A stretch of 63,422 nucleotides of DNA, counting the filler, from Nemertoderma westbladi (Eukaryota; Animalia; Xenacoelomorpha): the NCBI GenBank assembly GCA_032718475.1. It is 4 parts of 4 records of this genome, joined end to end, with 100 filler letters (N's around TTAATTAATTAA, not from the genome) between each part and the next. Parts side by side here need not be neighbours in the genome. Positions count along the whole stretch, not along the records: positions 40,044 to 58,768 come from JAUCBJ010002591.1; positions 58,869 to 63,422 come from JAUCBJ010002958.1; 2 more parts are not named here. One strand, 5' to 3'. Shown in pieces: positions 48,701-60,315 of this stretch. Below the pieces are notes generated by a model, which ran no database searches, had not been told where the DNA came from, and worked only from the letters and a program-made list of their open reading frames with translations. The translations under genes were made by a program, and so were the position numbers. Numbering within the stretch: the stretch's first letter is position 1; each line of letters opens with the position of its first letter.

Positions 48701-51700
48701 CTCTTTACTATTTATCTCCTGTTCCCACTCCCCCCTTACCCACCAGTAGCTGTAAGTTCTTTCTCTTTACTATTTATCTCCTGTTCCCACTCCCCCCTTA
48801 CCCACCAGTAGCTGTAAGTTCTTTCTCTTTACTATTTATCTCCTGTTCCCACTCTCCCCTTACCCACCAGTAGCTGTAAGTTCTTTCTCTTTACTATATC
48901 TCCTGTTCCCACTCTCCCCTTACCCACCAGTAGCTGTAAGTTCTTTCTCTTTACTATTTATCTCCTGTTCCCACTCCCCCCTTACCCACCAGTAGCTGTA
49001 AGTTCTTTCTCTTTACTATTTATCTCCTGTTCCCACTCCCCCCTTACCCTCCAGTAGCTGTAAGTTCTTTCTCTTTACTATTTATCTCCTGTTCCCACTC
49101 CCCCCTTACCCACCAGTAGCTGTAAGTTCTTTCTCTTTACTATTTATCTCCTGTTCCCACTCTCCCCTTACCCACCAGTAGCTGTAAGTTCTTTCTCTTT
49201 ACTATTTATCTCCTGTTCCCACTCCCCCCTTACCCCCCAGTAGCTGTAAGTTCTTTCTCTTTACTATTTATCTCCTGTTCCCACTCCCCCCTTACCCTCC
49301 AGTAGCTGTAAGTTCTTTCTCTTTACTATTTATCTCCTGTTCCCACTCCCCCCTTACCCACCAGTAGCTGTAAGTTCTTTCTCTTTACTATTTATCTCCT
49401 GTTCCCACTCTCCCCTTACCCACCAGTAGCTGTAAGTTCTTTCTCTTTACTATTTATCTCCTGTTCCCACTCCCCCCTTACCCACCAGTAGCTGTAAGTT
49501 CTTTCTCTTTACTATTTATCTCCTGTTCCCACTCCCCCCTTACCCACCAGTAGCTGTAAGTTCTTTCTCTTTACTATTTATCTCCTGTTCCCACTCCCCC
49601 CTTACCCACCAGTAGCTGTAAGTTCTTTCTCTTTACTATTTATCTCCTGTTCCCACTCTCCCCTTACCCACCAGTAGCTGTAAGTTCTTTCTCTTTACTA
49701 TTTATCTCCTGTTCCCACTCCCCCCTTACCCACCAGTAGCTGTAAGTTCTTTCTCTTTACTATTTATCTCCTGTTCCCAATCTCCCCTTACCCACCAGTA
49801 GCTGTAAGTTCTTTCTCTTTACTATTTATCTCCTGTTCCCACTCCCCCCTTACCCACCAGTAGCTGTAAGTTCTTTCTCTTTACTATTTATCTCCTGTTC
49901 CCACTCTCCCCTTACCCACCAGTAGCTGTAAGTTCTTTCTCTTTACTATTTATCTCCTGTTCCCTTCCCCCTTACCCACCAGTAGCTGTAAGTTCTTTCT
50001 CTTTACTATTTATCTCCTGTTCCCACTCCCCCCTTACCCACCAGTAGCTGTAAGTTCTTTCTCTTTACTATTTATCTCCTGTTCCCTCTCCCCCTTACCC
50101 ACCAGTAGCTGTAAGTTCTTTCTCTTTACTATTTATCTCCTGTTCCCACTCTCCCCTTACCCACCAGTAGCTGTAAGTTCTTTCTCTTTACTATATCTCC
50201 TGTTCCCACTCCCCCCTTACCCACCAGTAGCTGTAAGTTCTTTCTCTTTACTATTTATCTCCTGTTCCCACTCCCCCCTTACCCACCAGTAGCTGTAAGT
50301 TCTTTCTCTTTACTATTTATCTCCTGTTCCCACTCCCCCCTTACCCACCAGTAGCTGTAAGTTCTTTCTCTTTACTATTTATCTCCTGTTCCCCTCCCCC
50401 CTTACCCACCAGTAGCTGTAAGTTCTTTCTCTTTACTATTTATCTCCTGTTCCCACTCCCCCCTTACCCACCAGTAGCTGTAAGTTCTTTCTCTTTACTA
50501 TTTATCTCCTGTTCCCACTCTCCCCTTACCCACCAGTAGCTGTAAGTTCTTTCTCTTTACTATTTATCTCCTGTTCCCACTCCCCCCTTACCCACCAGTA
50601 GCTGTAAGTTCTTTCTCTTTACTATTTATCTCCTGTTCCCTTCCCCCTTACCCACCAGTAGCTGTAAGTTCTTTCTCTTTACTATTTATCTCCTGTTCCC
50701 ACTCCCCCCTTACCCACCAGTAGCTGTAAGTTCTTTCTCTTTACTATTTATCTCCTGTTCCCACTCCCCCCTTACCCACCAGTAGCTGTAAGTTCTTTCT
50801 CTTTACTATTTATCTCCTGTTCCCTTCCCCCTTACCCACCAGTAGCTGTAAGTTCTTTCTCTTTACTATTTATCTCCTGTTCCCACTCCCCCCTTACCCA
50901 CCAGTAGCTGTAAGTTCTTTCTCTTTACTATTTATCTCCTGTTCCCACTCCCCCCTTACCCACCAGTAGCTGTAAGTTCTTTCTCTTTACTATTTATCTC
51001 CTGTTCCCTTCCCCCTTACCCACCAGTAGCTGTAAGTTCTTTCTCTTTACTATTTATCTCCTGTTCCCACTCTCCCCTTACCCACCAGTAGCTGTAAGTT
51101 CTTTCTCTTTACTATTTATCTCCTGTTCCCTTCCCCCTTACCCACCAGTAGCTGTAAGTTCTTTCTCTTTACTATTTATCTCCTGTTCCCACTCCCCCCT
51201 TACCCACCAGTAGCTGTAAGTTCTTTCTCTTTACTATTTATCTCCTGTTCCCACTCTCCCCTTACCCACCAGTAGCTGTAAGTTCTTTCTCTTTACTATT
51301 TATCTCCTGTTCCCACTCTCCCCTTACCCACCAGTAGCTGTAAGTTCTTTCTCTTTACTATTTATCTCCTGTTCCCACTCTCCCCCTTACCCACCAGTAG
51401 CTGTAAGTTCTTTCTCTTTACTATTTATCTCCTGTTCCCTTCCCCCTTACCCACCAGTAGCTGTAAGTTCTTTCTCTTTACTATTTATCTCCTGTTCCCT
51501 TCCCCCTTACCCACCAGTAGCTGTAAGTTCTTTCTCTTTACTATTTATCTCCTGTTCCCTCCCCCCTTACCCACCAGTAGCTGTAAGTTCTTTCTCTTTA
51601 CTATATCTCCTGTTCCCACTCCCCCCTTACCCACCAGTAGCTGTAAGTTCTTTCTCTTTACTATTTATCTCCTGTTCCCAATCTCCCCTTACCCACCAGT

Positions 51701-54700
51701 AGCTGTAAGTTCTTTCTCTTTACTATTTATCTCCTGTTCCCACTCCCCCCTTACCCACCAGTAGCTGTAAGTTCTTTCTCTTTACTATTTATCTCCTGTT
51801 CCCAATCTCCCCTTACCCACCAGTAGCTATAAGTTCTTCCTCTTTACGAGTTATCTCCTGTTCCCACTCTCCCCTTACCCACCATTAGCTGTAAGTTCTT
51901 TCTCTTTACTATTTATCTCCTGTTCCCACTCCCCCCTTACCCACCAGTAGCTGTAAGTTCTTTCTCTTTACTATTTATCTCCTGTTCCCACTCCCCCCTT
52001 ACCCACCAGTAGCTGTAAGTTCTTTCTCTTTACTATTTATCTCCTGTTCCCACTCTCCCCTTACCCACCAGTAGCTGTAAGTTCTTTCTCTTTACTATAT
52101 CTCCTGTTCCCACTCTCCCCTTACCCACCAGTAGCTGTAAGTTCTTTCTCTTTACTATTTATCTCCTGTTCCCACTCTCCCCTTACCCACCAGTAGCTGT
52201 AAGTTCTTTCTCTTTACTATTTATCTCCTGTTCCCACTCTCCCCCTTACCCACCAGTAGCTGTAAGTTCTTTCTCTTTACTATTTATCTCCTGTTCCCTT
52301 CCCCCTTACCCACCAGTAGCTGTAAGTTCTTTCTCTTTACTATTTATCTCCTGTTCCCTTCCCCCTTACCCACCAGTAGCTGTAAGTTCTTTCTCTTTAC
52401 TATTTATCTCCTGTTCCCTCCCCCCTTACCCACCAGTAGCTGTAAGTTCTTTCTCTTTACTATATCTCCTGTTCCCACTCCCCCCTTACCCACCAGTAGC
52501 TGTAAGTTCTTTCTCTTTACTATTTATCTCCTGTTCCCAATCTCCCCTTACCCACCAGTAGCTGTAAGTTCTTTCTCTTTACTATTTATCTCCTGTTCCC
52601 ACTCCCCCCTTACCCACCAGTAGCTGTAAGTTCTTTCTCTTTACTATTTATCTCCTGTTCCCAATCTCCCCTTACCCACCAGTAGCTATAAGTTCTTCCT
52701 CTTTACGAGTTATCTCCTGTTCCCACTCTCCCCTTACCCACCATTAGCTGTAAGTTCTTTCTCTTTACTATTTATCTCCTGTTCCCACTCCCCCCTTACC
52801 CACCAGTAGCTGTAAGTTCTTTCTCTTTACTATTTATCTCCTGTTCCCACTCCCCCCTTACCCACCAGTAGCTGTAAGTTCTTTCTCTTTACTATTTATC
52901 TCCTGTTCCCACTCTCCCCTTACCCACCAGTAGCTGTAAGTTCTTTCTCTTTACTATATCTCCTGTTCCCACTCTCCCCTTACCCACCAGTAGCTGTAAG
53001 TTCTTTCTCTTTACTATTTATCTCCTGTTCCCACTCCCCCCTTACCCACCAGTAGCTGTAAGTTCTTTCTCTTTACTATTTATCTCCTGTTCCCACTCCC
53101 CCCTTACCCTCCAGTAGCTGTAAGTTCTTTCTCTTTACTATTTATCTCCTGTTCCCACTCCCCCCTTACCCACCAGTAGCTGTAAGTTCTTTCTCTTTAC
53201 TATTTATCTCCTGTTCCCACTCTCCCCTTACCCACCAGTAGCTGTAAGTTCTTTCTCTTTACTATTTATCTCCTGTTCCCACTCCCCCCTTACCCCCCAG
53301 TAGCTGTAAGTTCTTTCTCTTTACTATTTATCTCCTGTTCCCACTCCCCCCTTACCCTCCAGTAGCTGTAAGTTCTTTCTCTTTACTATTTATCTCCTGT
53401 TCCCACTCCCCCCTTACCCACCAGTAGCTGTAAGTTCTTTCTCTTTACTATTTATCTCCTGTTCCCACTCTCCCCTTACCCACCAGTAGCTGTAAGTTCT
53501 TTCTCTTTACTATTTATCTCCTGTTCCCACTCCCCCCTTACCCACCAGTAGCTGTAAGTTCTTTCTCTTTACTATTTATCTCCTGTTCCCACTCCCCCCT
53601 TACCCACCAGTAGCTGTAAGTTCTTTCTCTTTACTATTTATCTCCTGTTCCCACTCCCCCCTTACCCACCAGTAGCTGTAAGTTCTTTCTCTTTACTATT
53701 TATCTCCTGTTCCCACTCTCCCCTTACCCACCAGTAGCTGTAAGTTCTTTCTCTTTACTATTTATCTCCTGTTCCCACTCCCCCCTTACCCACCAGTAGC
53801 TGTAAGTTCTTTCTCTTTACTATTTATCTCCTGTTCCCAATCTCCCCTTACCCACCAGTAGCTGTAAGTTCTTTCTCTTTACTATTTATCTCCTGTTCCC
53901 ACTCCCCCCTTACCCACCAGTAGCTGTAAGTTCTTTCTCTTTACTATTTATCTCCTGTTCCCACTCTCCCCTTACCCACCAGTAGCTGTAAGTTCTTTCT
54001 CTTTACTATTTATCTCCTGTTCCCTCTCCCCCTTACCCACCAGTAGCTGTAAGTTCTTTCTCTTTACTATTTATCTCCTGTTCCCACTCCCCCCTTACCC
54101 ACCAGTAGCTGTAAGTTCTTTCTCTTTACTATTTATCTCCTGTTCCCACTCCCCCTTACCCACCAGTAGCTGTAAGTTCTTTCTCTTTACTATTTATCTC
54201 CTGTTCCCACTCTCCCCTTACCCACCAGTAGCTGTAAGTTCTTTCTCTTTACTATTTATCTCCTGTTCCCACTCCCCCCTTACCCACCAGTAGCTGTAAG
54301 TTCTTTCTCTTTACTATTTATCTCCTGTTCCCACTCCCCCCTTACCCACCAGTAGCTGTAAGTTCTTTCTCTTTACTATTTATCTCCTGTTCCCACTCCC
54401 CCCTTACCCACCAGTAGCTGTAAGTTCTTTCTCTTTACTATTTATCTCCTGTTCCCACTCCCCCCTTACCCACCAGTAGCTGTAAGTTCTTTCTCTTTAC
54501 TATTTATCTCCTGTTCCCACTCCCCCCTTACCCACCAGTAGCTGTAAGTTCTTTCTCTTTACTATTTATCTCCTGTTCCCACTCCCCCCTTACCCACCAG
54601 TAGCTGTAAGTTCTTTCTCTTTACTATTTATCTCCTGTTCCCACTCTCCCCTTACCCACCAGTAGCTGTAAGTTCTTTCTCTTTACTATTTATCTCCTGT

Positions 54701-57700
54701 TCCCACTCCCCCCTTACCCACCAGTAGCTGTAAGTTCTTTCTCTTTACTATTTATCTCCTGTTCCCACTCCCCCTTACCCACCAGTAGCTGTAAGTTCTT
54801 TCTCTTTACTATTTATCTCCTGTTCCCACTCCCCCCTTACCCACCAGTAGCTGTAAGTTCTTTCTCTTTACTATTTATCTCCTGTTCCCACTCCCCCCTT
54901 ACCCACCAGTAGCTGTAAGTTCTTTCTCTTTACTATTTATCTCCTGTTCCCACTCTCCCCTTACCCACCAGTAGCTGTAAGTTCTTTCTCTTTACTATTT
55001 ATCTCCTGTTCCCACTCCCCCCTTACCCACCAGTAGCTGTAAGTTCTTTCTCTTTACTATTTATCTCCTGTTCCCACTCCCCCCTTACCCACCAGTAGCT
55101 GTAAGTTCTTTCTCTTTACTATTTATCTCCTGTTCCCACTCTCCCCTTACCCACCAGTAGCTGTAAGTTCTTTCTCTTTACTATTTATCTCCTGTTCCCA
55201 CTCCCCCCTTACCCACCAGTAGCTGTAAGTTCTTTCTCTTTACTATTTATCTCCTGTTCCCACTCCCCCCTTACCCACCAGTAGCTGTAAGTTCTTTCTC
55301 TTTACTATTTATCTCCTGTTCCCACTCCCCCCTTACCCACCAGTAGCTGTAAGTTCTTTCTCTTTACTATTTATCTCCTGTTCCCACTCCCCCCTTACCC
55401 ACCAGTAGCTGTAAGTTCTTTCTCTTTACTATTTATCTCCTGTTCCCACTCTCCCCTTACCCACCAGTAGCTGTAAGTTCTTTCTCTTTACTATTTATCT
55501 CCTGTTCCCACTCCCCCCTTACCCACCAGTAGCTGTAAGTTCTTTCTCTTTACTATTTATCTCCTGTTCCCACTCCCCCCTTACCCACCAGTAGCTGTAA
55601 GTTCTTTCTCTTTACTATTTATCTCCTGTTCCCACTCCCCCCTTACCCACCAGTAGCTGTAAGTTCTTTCTCTTTACTATTTATCTCCTGTTCCCACTCT
55701 CCCCTTACCCACCAGTAGCTGTAAGTTCTTTCTCTTTACTATTTATCTCCTGTTCCCACTCCCCCCTTACCCACCAGTAGCTGTAAGTTCTTTCTCTTTA
55801 CTATTTATCTCCTGTTCCCACTCCCCCCTTACCCACCAGTAGCTGTAAGTTCTTTCTCTTTACTATTTATCTCCTGTTCCCACTCCCCCCTTACCCACCA
55901 GTAGCTGTAAGTTCTTTCTCTTTACTATTTATCTCCTGTTCCCACTCTCCCCTTACCCACCAGTAGCTGTAAGTTCTTTCTCTTTACTATTTATCTCCTG
56001 TTCCCACTCCCCCCTTACCCACCAGTAGCTGTAAGTTCTTTCTCTTTACTATTTATCTCCTGTTCCCACTCCCCCCTTACCCACCAGTAGCTGTAAGTTC
56101 TTTCTCTTTACTATTTATCTCCTGTTCCCACTCCCCCCTTACCCACCAGTAGCTGTAAGTTCTTTCTCTTTACTATTTATCTCCTGTTCCCACTCTCCCC
56201 TTACCCACCAGTAGCTGTAAGTTCTTTCTCTTTACTATTTATCTCCTGTTCCCACTCCCCCCTTACCCACCAGTAGCTGTAAGTTCTTTCTCTTTACTAT
56301 TTATCTCCTGTTCCCACTCCCCCCTTACCCACCAGTAGCTGTAAGTTCTTTCTCTTTACTATTTATCTCCTGTTCCCACTCCCCCCTTACCCACCAGTAG
56401 CTGTAAGTTCTTTCTCTTTACTATTTATCTCCTGTTCCCACTCTCCCCTTACCCACCAGTAGCTGTAAGTTCTTTCTCTTTACTATTTATCTCCTGTTCC
56501 CACTCCCCCCTTACCCACCAGTAGCTGTAAGTTCTTTCTCTTTACTATTTATCTCCTGTTCCCACTCCCCCCTTACCCACCAGTAGCTGTAAGTTCTTTC
56601 TCTTTACTATTTATCTCCTGTTCCCACTCCCCCCTTACCCACCAGTAGCTGTAAGTTCTTTCTCTTTACTATTTATCTCCTGTTCCCACTCCCCCCTTAC
56701 CCACCAGTAGCTGTAAGTTCTTTCTCTTTACTATTTATCTCCTGTTCCCACTCCCCCCTTACCCACCAGTAGCTGTAAGTTCTTTCTCTTTACTATTTAT
56801 CTCCTGTTCCCACTCCCCCCTTACCCACCAGTAGCTGTAAGTTCTTTCTCTTTACTATTTATCTCCTGTTCCCACTCCCCCCTTACCCACCAGTAGCTGT
56901 AAGTTCTTTCTCTTTACTATTTATCTCCTGTTCCCACTCCCCCCTTACCCACCAGTAGCTGTAAGTTCTTTCTCTTTACTATTTATCTCCTGTTCCCACT
57001 CCCCCCTTACCCACCAGTAGCTGTAAGTTCTTTCTCTTTACTATTTATCTCCTGTTCCCACTCCCCCCTTACCCACCAGTAGCTGTAAGTTCTTTCTCTT
57101 TACTATTTATCTCCTGTTCCCACTCCCCCCTTACCCACCAGTAGCTGTAAGTTCTTTCTCTTTACTATTTATCTCCTGTTCCCACTCCCCCCTTACCCAC
57201 CAGTAGCTGTAAGTTCTTTCTCTTTACTATTTATCTCCTGTTCCCACTCCCCCCTTACCCACCAGTAGCTGTAAGTTCTTTCTCTTTACTATTTATCTCC
57301 TGTTCCCACTCCCCCCTTACCCACCAGTAGCTGTAAGTTCTTTCTCTTTACTATTTATCTCCTGTTCCCACTCCCCCCTTACCCACCAGTAGCTGTAAGT
57401 TCTTTCTCTTTACTATTTATCTCCTGTTCCCACTCCCCCCTTACCCACCAGTAGCTGTAAGTTCTTTCTCTTTACTATTTATCTCCTGTTCCCACTCCCC
57501 CCTTACCCACCAGTAGCTGTAAGTTCTTTCTCTTTACTATTTATCTCCTGTTCCCACTCCCCCCTTACCCACCAGTAGCTGTAAGTTCTTTCTCTTTACT
57601 ATTTATCTCCTGTTCCCACTCCCCCCTTACCCACCAGTAGCTGTAAGTTCTTTCTCTTTACTATTTATCTCCTGTTCCCACTCCCCCCTTACCCACCAGT

Positions 57701-58768
57701 AGCTGTAAGTTCTTTCTCTTTACTATTTATCTCCTGTTCCCACTCCCCCCTTACCCACCAGTAGCTGTAAGTTCTTTCTCTTTACTATTTATCTCCTGTT
57801 CCCACTCCCCCCTTACCCACCAGTAGCTGTAAGTTCTTTCTCTTTACTATTTATCTCCTGTTCCCACTCCCCCTTACCCACCAGTAGCTGTAAGTTCTTT
57901 CTCTTTACTATTTATCTCCTGTTCCCACTCCCCCCTTACCCACCAGTAGCTGTAAGTTCTTTCTCTTTACTATTTATCTCCTGTTCCCACTCCCCCCTTA
58001 CCCACCAGTAGCTGTAAGTTCTTTCTCTTTACTATTTATCTCCTGTTCCCACTCCCCCCTTACCCACCAGTAGCTGTAAGTTCTTTCTCTTTACTATTTA
58101 TCTCCTGTTCCCACTCCCCCCTTACCCACCAGTAGCTGTAAGTTCTTTCTCTTTACTATTTATCTCCTGTTCCCACTCCCCCCTTACCCACCAGTAGCTG
58201 TAAGTTCTTTCTCTTTACTATTTATCTCCTGTTCCCACTCCCCCCTTACCCACCAGTAGCTGTAAGTTCTTTCTCTTTACTATTTATCTCCTGTTCCCAC
58301 TCCCCCTTACCCACCAGTAGCTGTAAGTTCTTTCTCTTTACTATTTATCTCCTGTTCCCACTCTCCCCCTTACCCACCAGTAGCTGTAAGTTCTTTCTCT
58401 TTACTATTTATCTCCTGTTCCCACTCCCCCCTTACCCACCAGTAGCTGTAAGTTCTTTCTCTTTACTATTTATCTCCTGTTCCCACTCCCCCCTTACCCA
58501 CCAGTAGCTGTAAGTTCTTTCTCTTTACTATTTATCTCCTGTTCCCTCTCCCCCTTACCCACCAGTAGCTGTAAGTTCTTTCTCTTTACTATTTATCTCC
58601 TGTTCCACTCTCCCCTTACCCACCAGTAGCTGTAAGTTCTTTCTCTTTACTATTTATCTCCTGTTCCCACTCCCCCCTTACCCACCAGTAGCTGTAAGTT
58701 CTTTCTCTTTACTATTTATCTCCTGTTCCCACTCTCCCCTTACCCACCAGTAGCTGTAAGTTCTTTCT
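45761..58768 (-). repeat. Intronic 62-bp tandem array (~210 copies, open at the gap) made of the FLOT2 exon end plus splice donor
   Basis: Sense unit GAACAGGAGATAA(ATA/CTC)GTAAAGAGAAAGAACTTACAGCTACTG|GTGGGTAAGGGG(G/A)GAGTGG, encoding EQEI(NS/TR)KEKELTAT plus G and the donor. Confidence 0.95.
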
Positions 58769-58868
58769 NNNNNNNNNNNNNNNNNNNNNNNNNNNNNNNN
58801 NNNNNNNNNNNNTTAATTAATTAANNNNNNNNNNNNNNNNNNNNNNNNNNNNNNNNNNNNNNNNNNNN
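58769..58868. other. Artificial contig linker
   Basis: N-run, TTAATTAATTAA, N-run. Confidence 0.97.
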
Positions 58869-59897
58869 CGGCCGTTCCCTGATTAAGTACTAAGACCTAC
58901 CGGTATATAATTATCAAATTCGAATAATACTAATGTACTTATACTGGAAGTACCGGTTAGGACAGTTGGGCCTACGGACTTACAGAAGTACCGGTTCTGG
59001 CAGTTGGACCTACGGACCTACGGCAGTACCGGTTCTGGCAGTTGGGCCTACTGACCTACAGATGTACCGTTCAGGTTTACCGGTTGACCGGTACTTTCAA
59101 CTTTATTGCTTACTGCAATAAAGAAGCGATATCCGTTATTGTTCGCGCTTTCAGACCTTTGGCAGTTTAACCCGCCAAATTAGGATGTCTTCTAGATAAT
59201 AAATCGCTTTTAGCCTCTGACAAATATTTGATTCACTACACTAGTTGAAATCAATCTGTGCGCGATCATTCACCCGTTGGATATACCCGGGAGATTGATT
59301 TCGACAGCTTAATCGTATTGCTATGTAAGCCTAATGTATTATTCGACTGACAGTATTATATAATCTCTGACAATATTATTCACCTTCGGGGAATATTAAC
59401 AGTTCCTTTAGGACGTGGCGCTCTATCTATATAAACAGAGTTATGACTTAAACTACTCACAACGATATGGCTTAGTTACAATTCACATATATGGCGCATT
59501 CTTTAGGAAATGCTTCGTTATCAGTCTCACTCATACACAATGCTGCACAATACTGCACACTGATCTGCCGATCTTCACTGATTTTAGTCACATATAAAAG
59601 GAACACGGACCGAATCATGTAGGGTCTATCAAATAACATTAGATTCACTTCAAACCACTTTAACATAAGTCACAATCGTTATATGTAACCTTTCTCTCTT
59701 ACCTTCGGTATATCAAGAATATTGGGTTTTCGGGGTTATTTATCGTTATTCCAAATATAATAATTCATCAACCATATTATGAAGAACCGACAGTAAATAG
59801 CAGTATAACAATATAAAAGTATGCACAGGTTGTTTGATTAGGTATGGTAAGTTATGTTATGATAACGGATATATGTCCTTATAATTAAGCCTACTAG

Positions 59898-60315
59898 TGT
59901 AAGACTAAAAACTGAAAACACGGAGGTGCCAAAAGCCGGTTCTTAGGCTCTGGGCAAAAACATAACACTGAACTACTGAGCCTCTGTATACACCTCCAAC
60001 ACAGAGACAACAAACGCTCTGATTGGTCAACCGAACAACGAGAGAACAAAGAAACAAAGAAACATCGACGTGGCAATATCAGCTGTTAGCCATCGTCATG
60101 GTAGCGACACTGTTTTCAAGAGTATCTAGCTTATCGCGTCACGAGATTGTGGATTATGTCCTCTAAAGTACAAATACAGTACAAATACATAAGAAATGAC
60201 TTTTATGTCCTCTAAAACACCAGTACAGCAAGGACACGGCCTTTTTATGCCTGGCAAACCAACTACAGAGTACTTTAAGGGAAAATAACCGGTTAATGAC
60301 GCAAAAGCTTTTACA
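59898..60315. mobile_element. Possible solo LTR (~418 bp)
   Basis: TGTAA...TTACA ends and an internal CCAAT box (CTGATTGG); no TSD, PBS or PPT seen. Confidence 0.3.
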
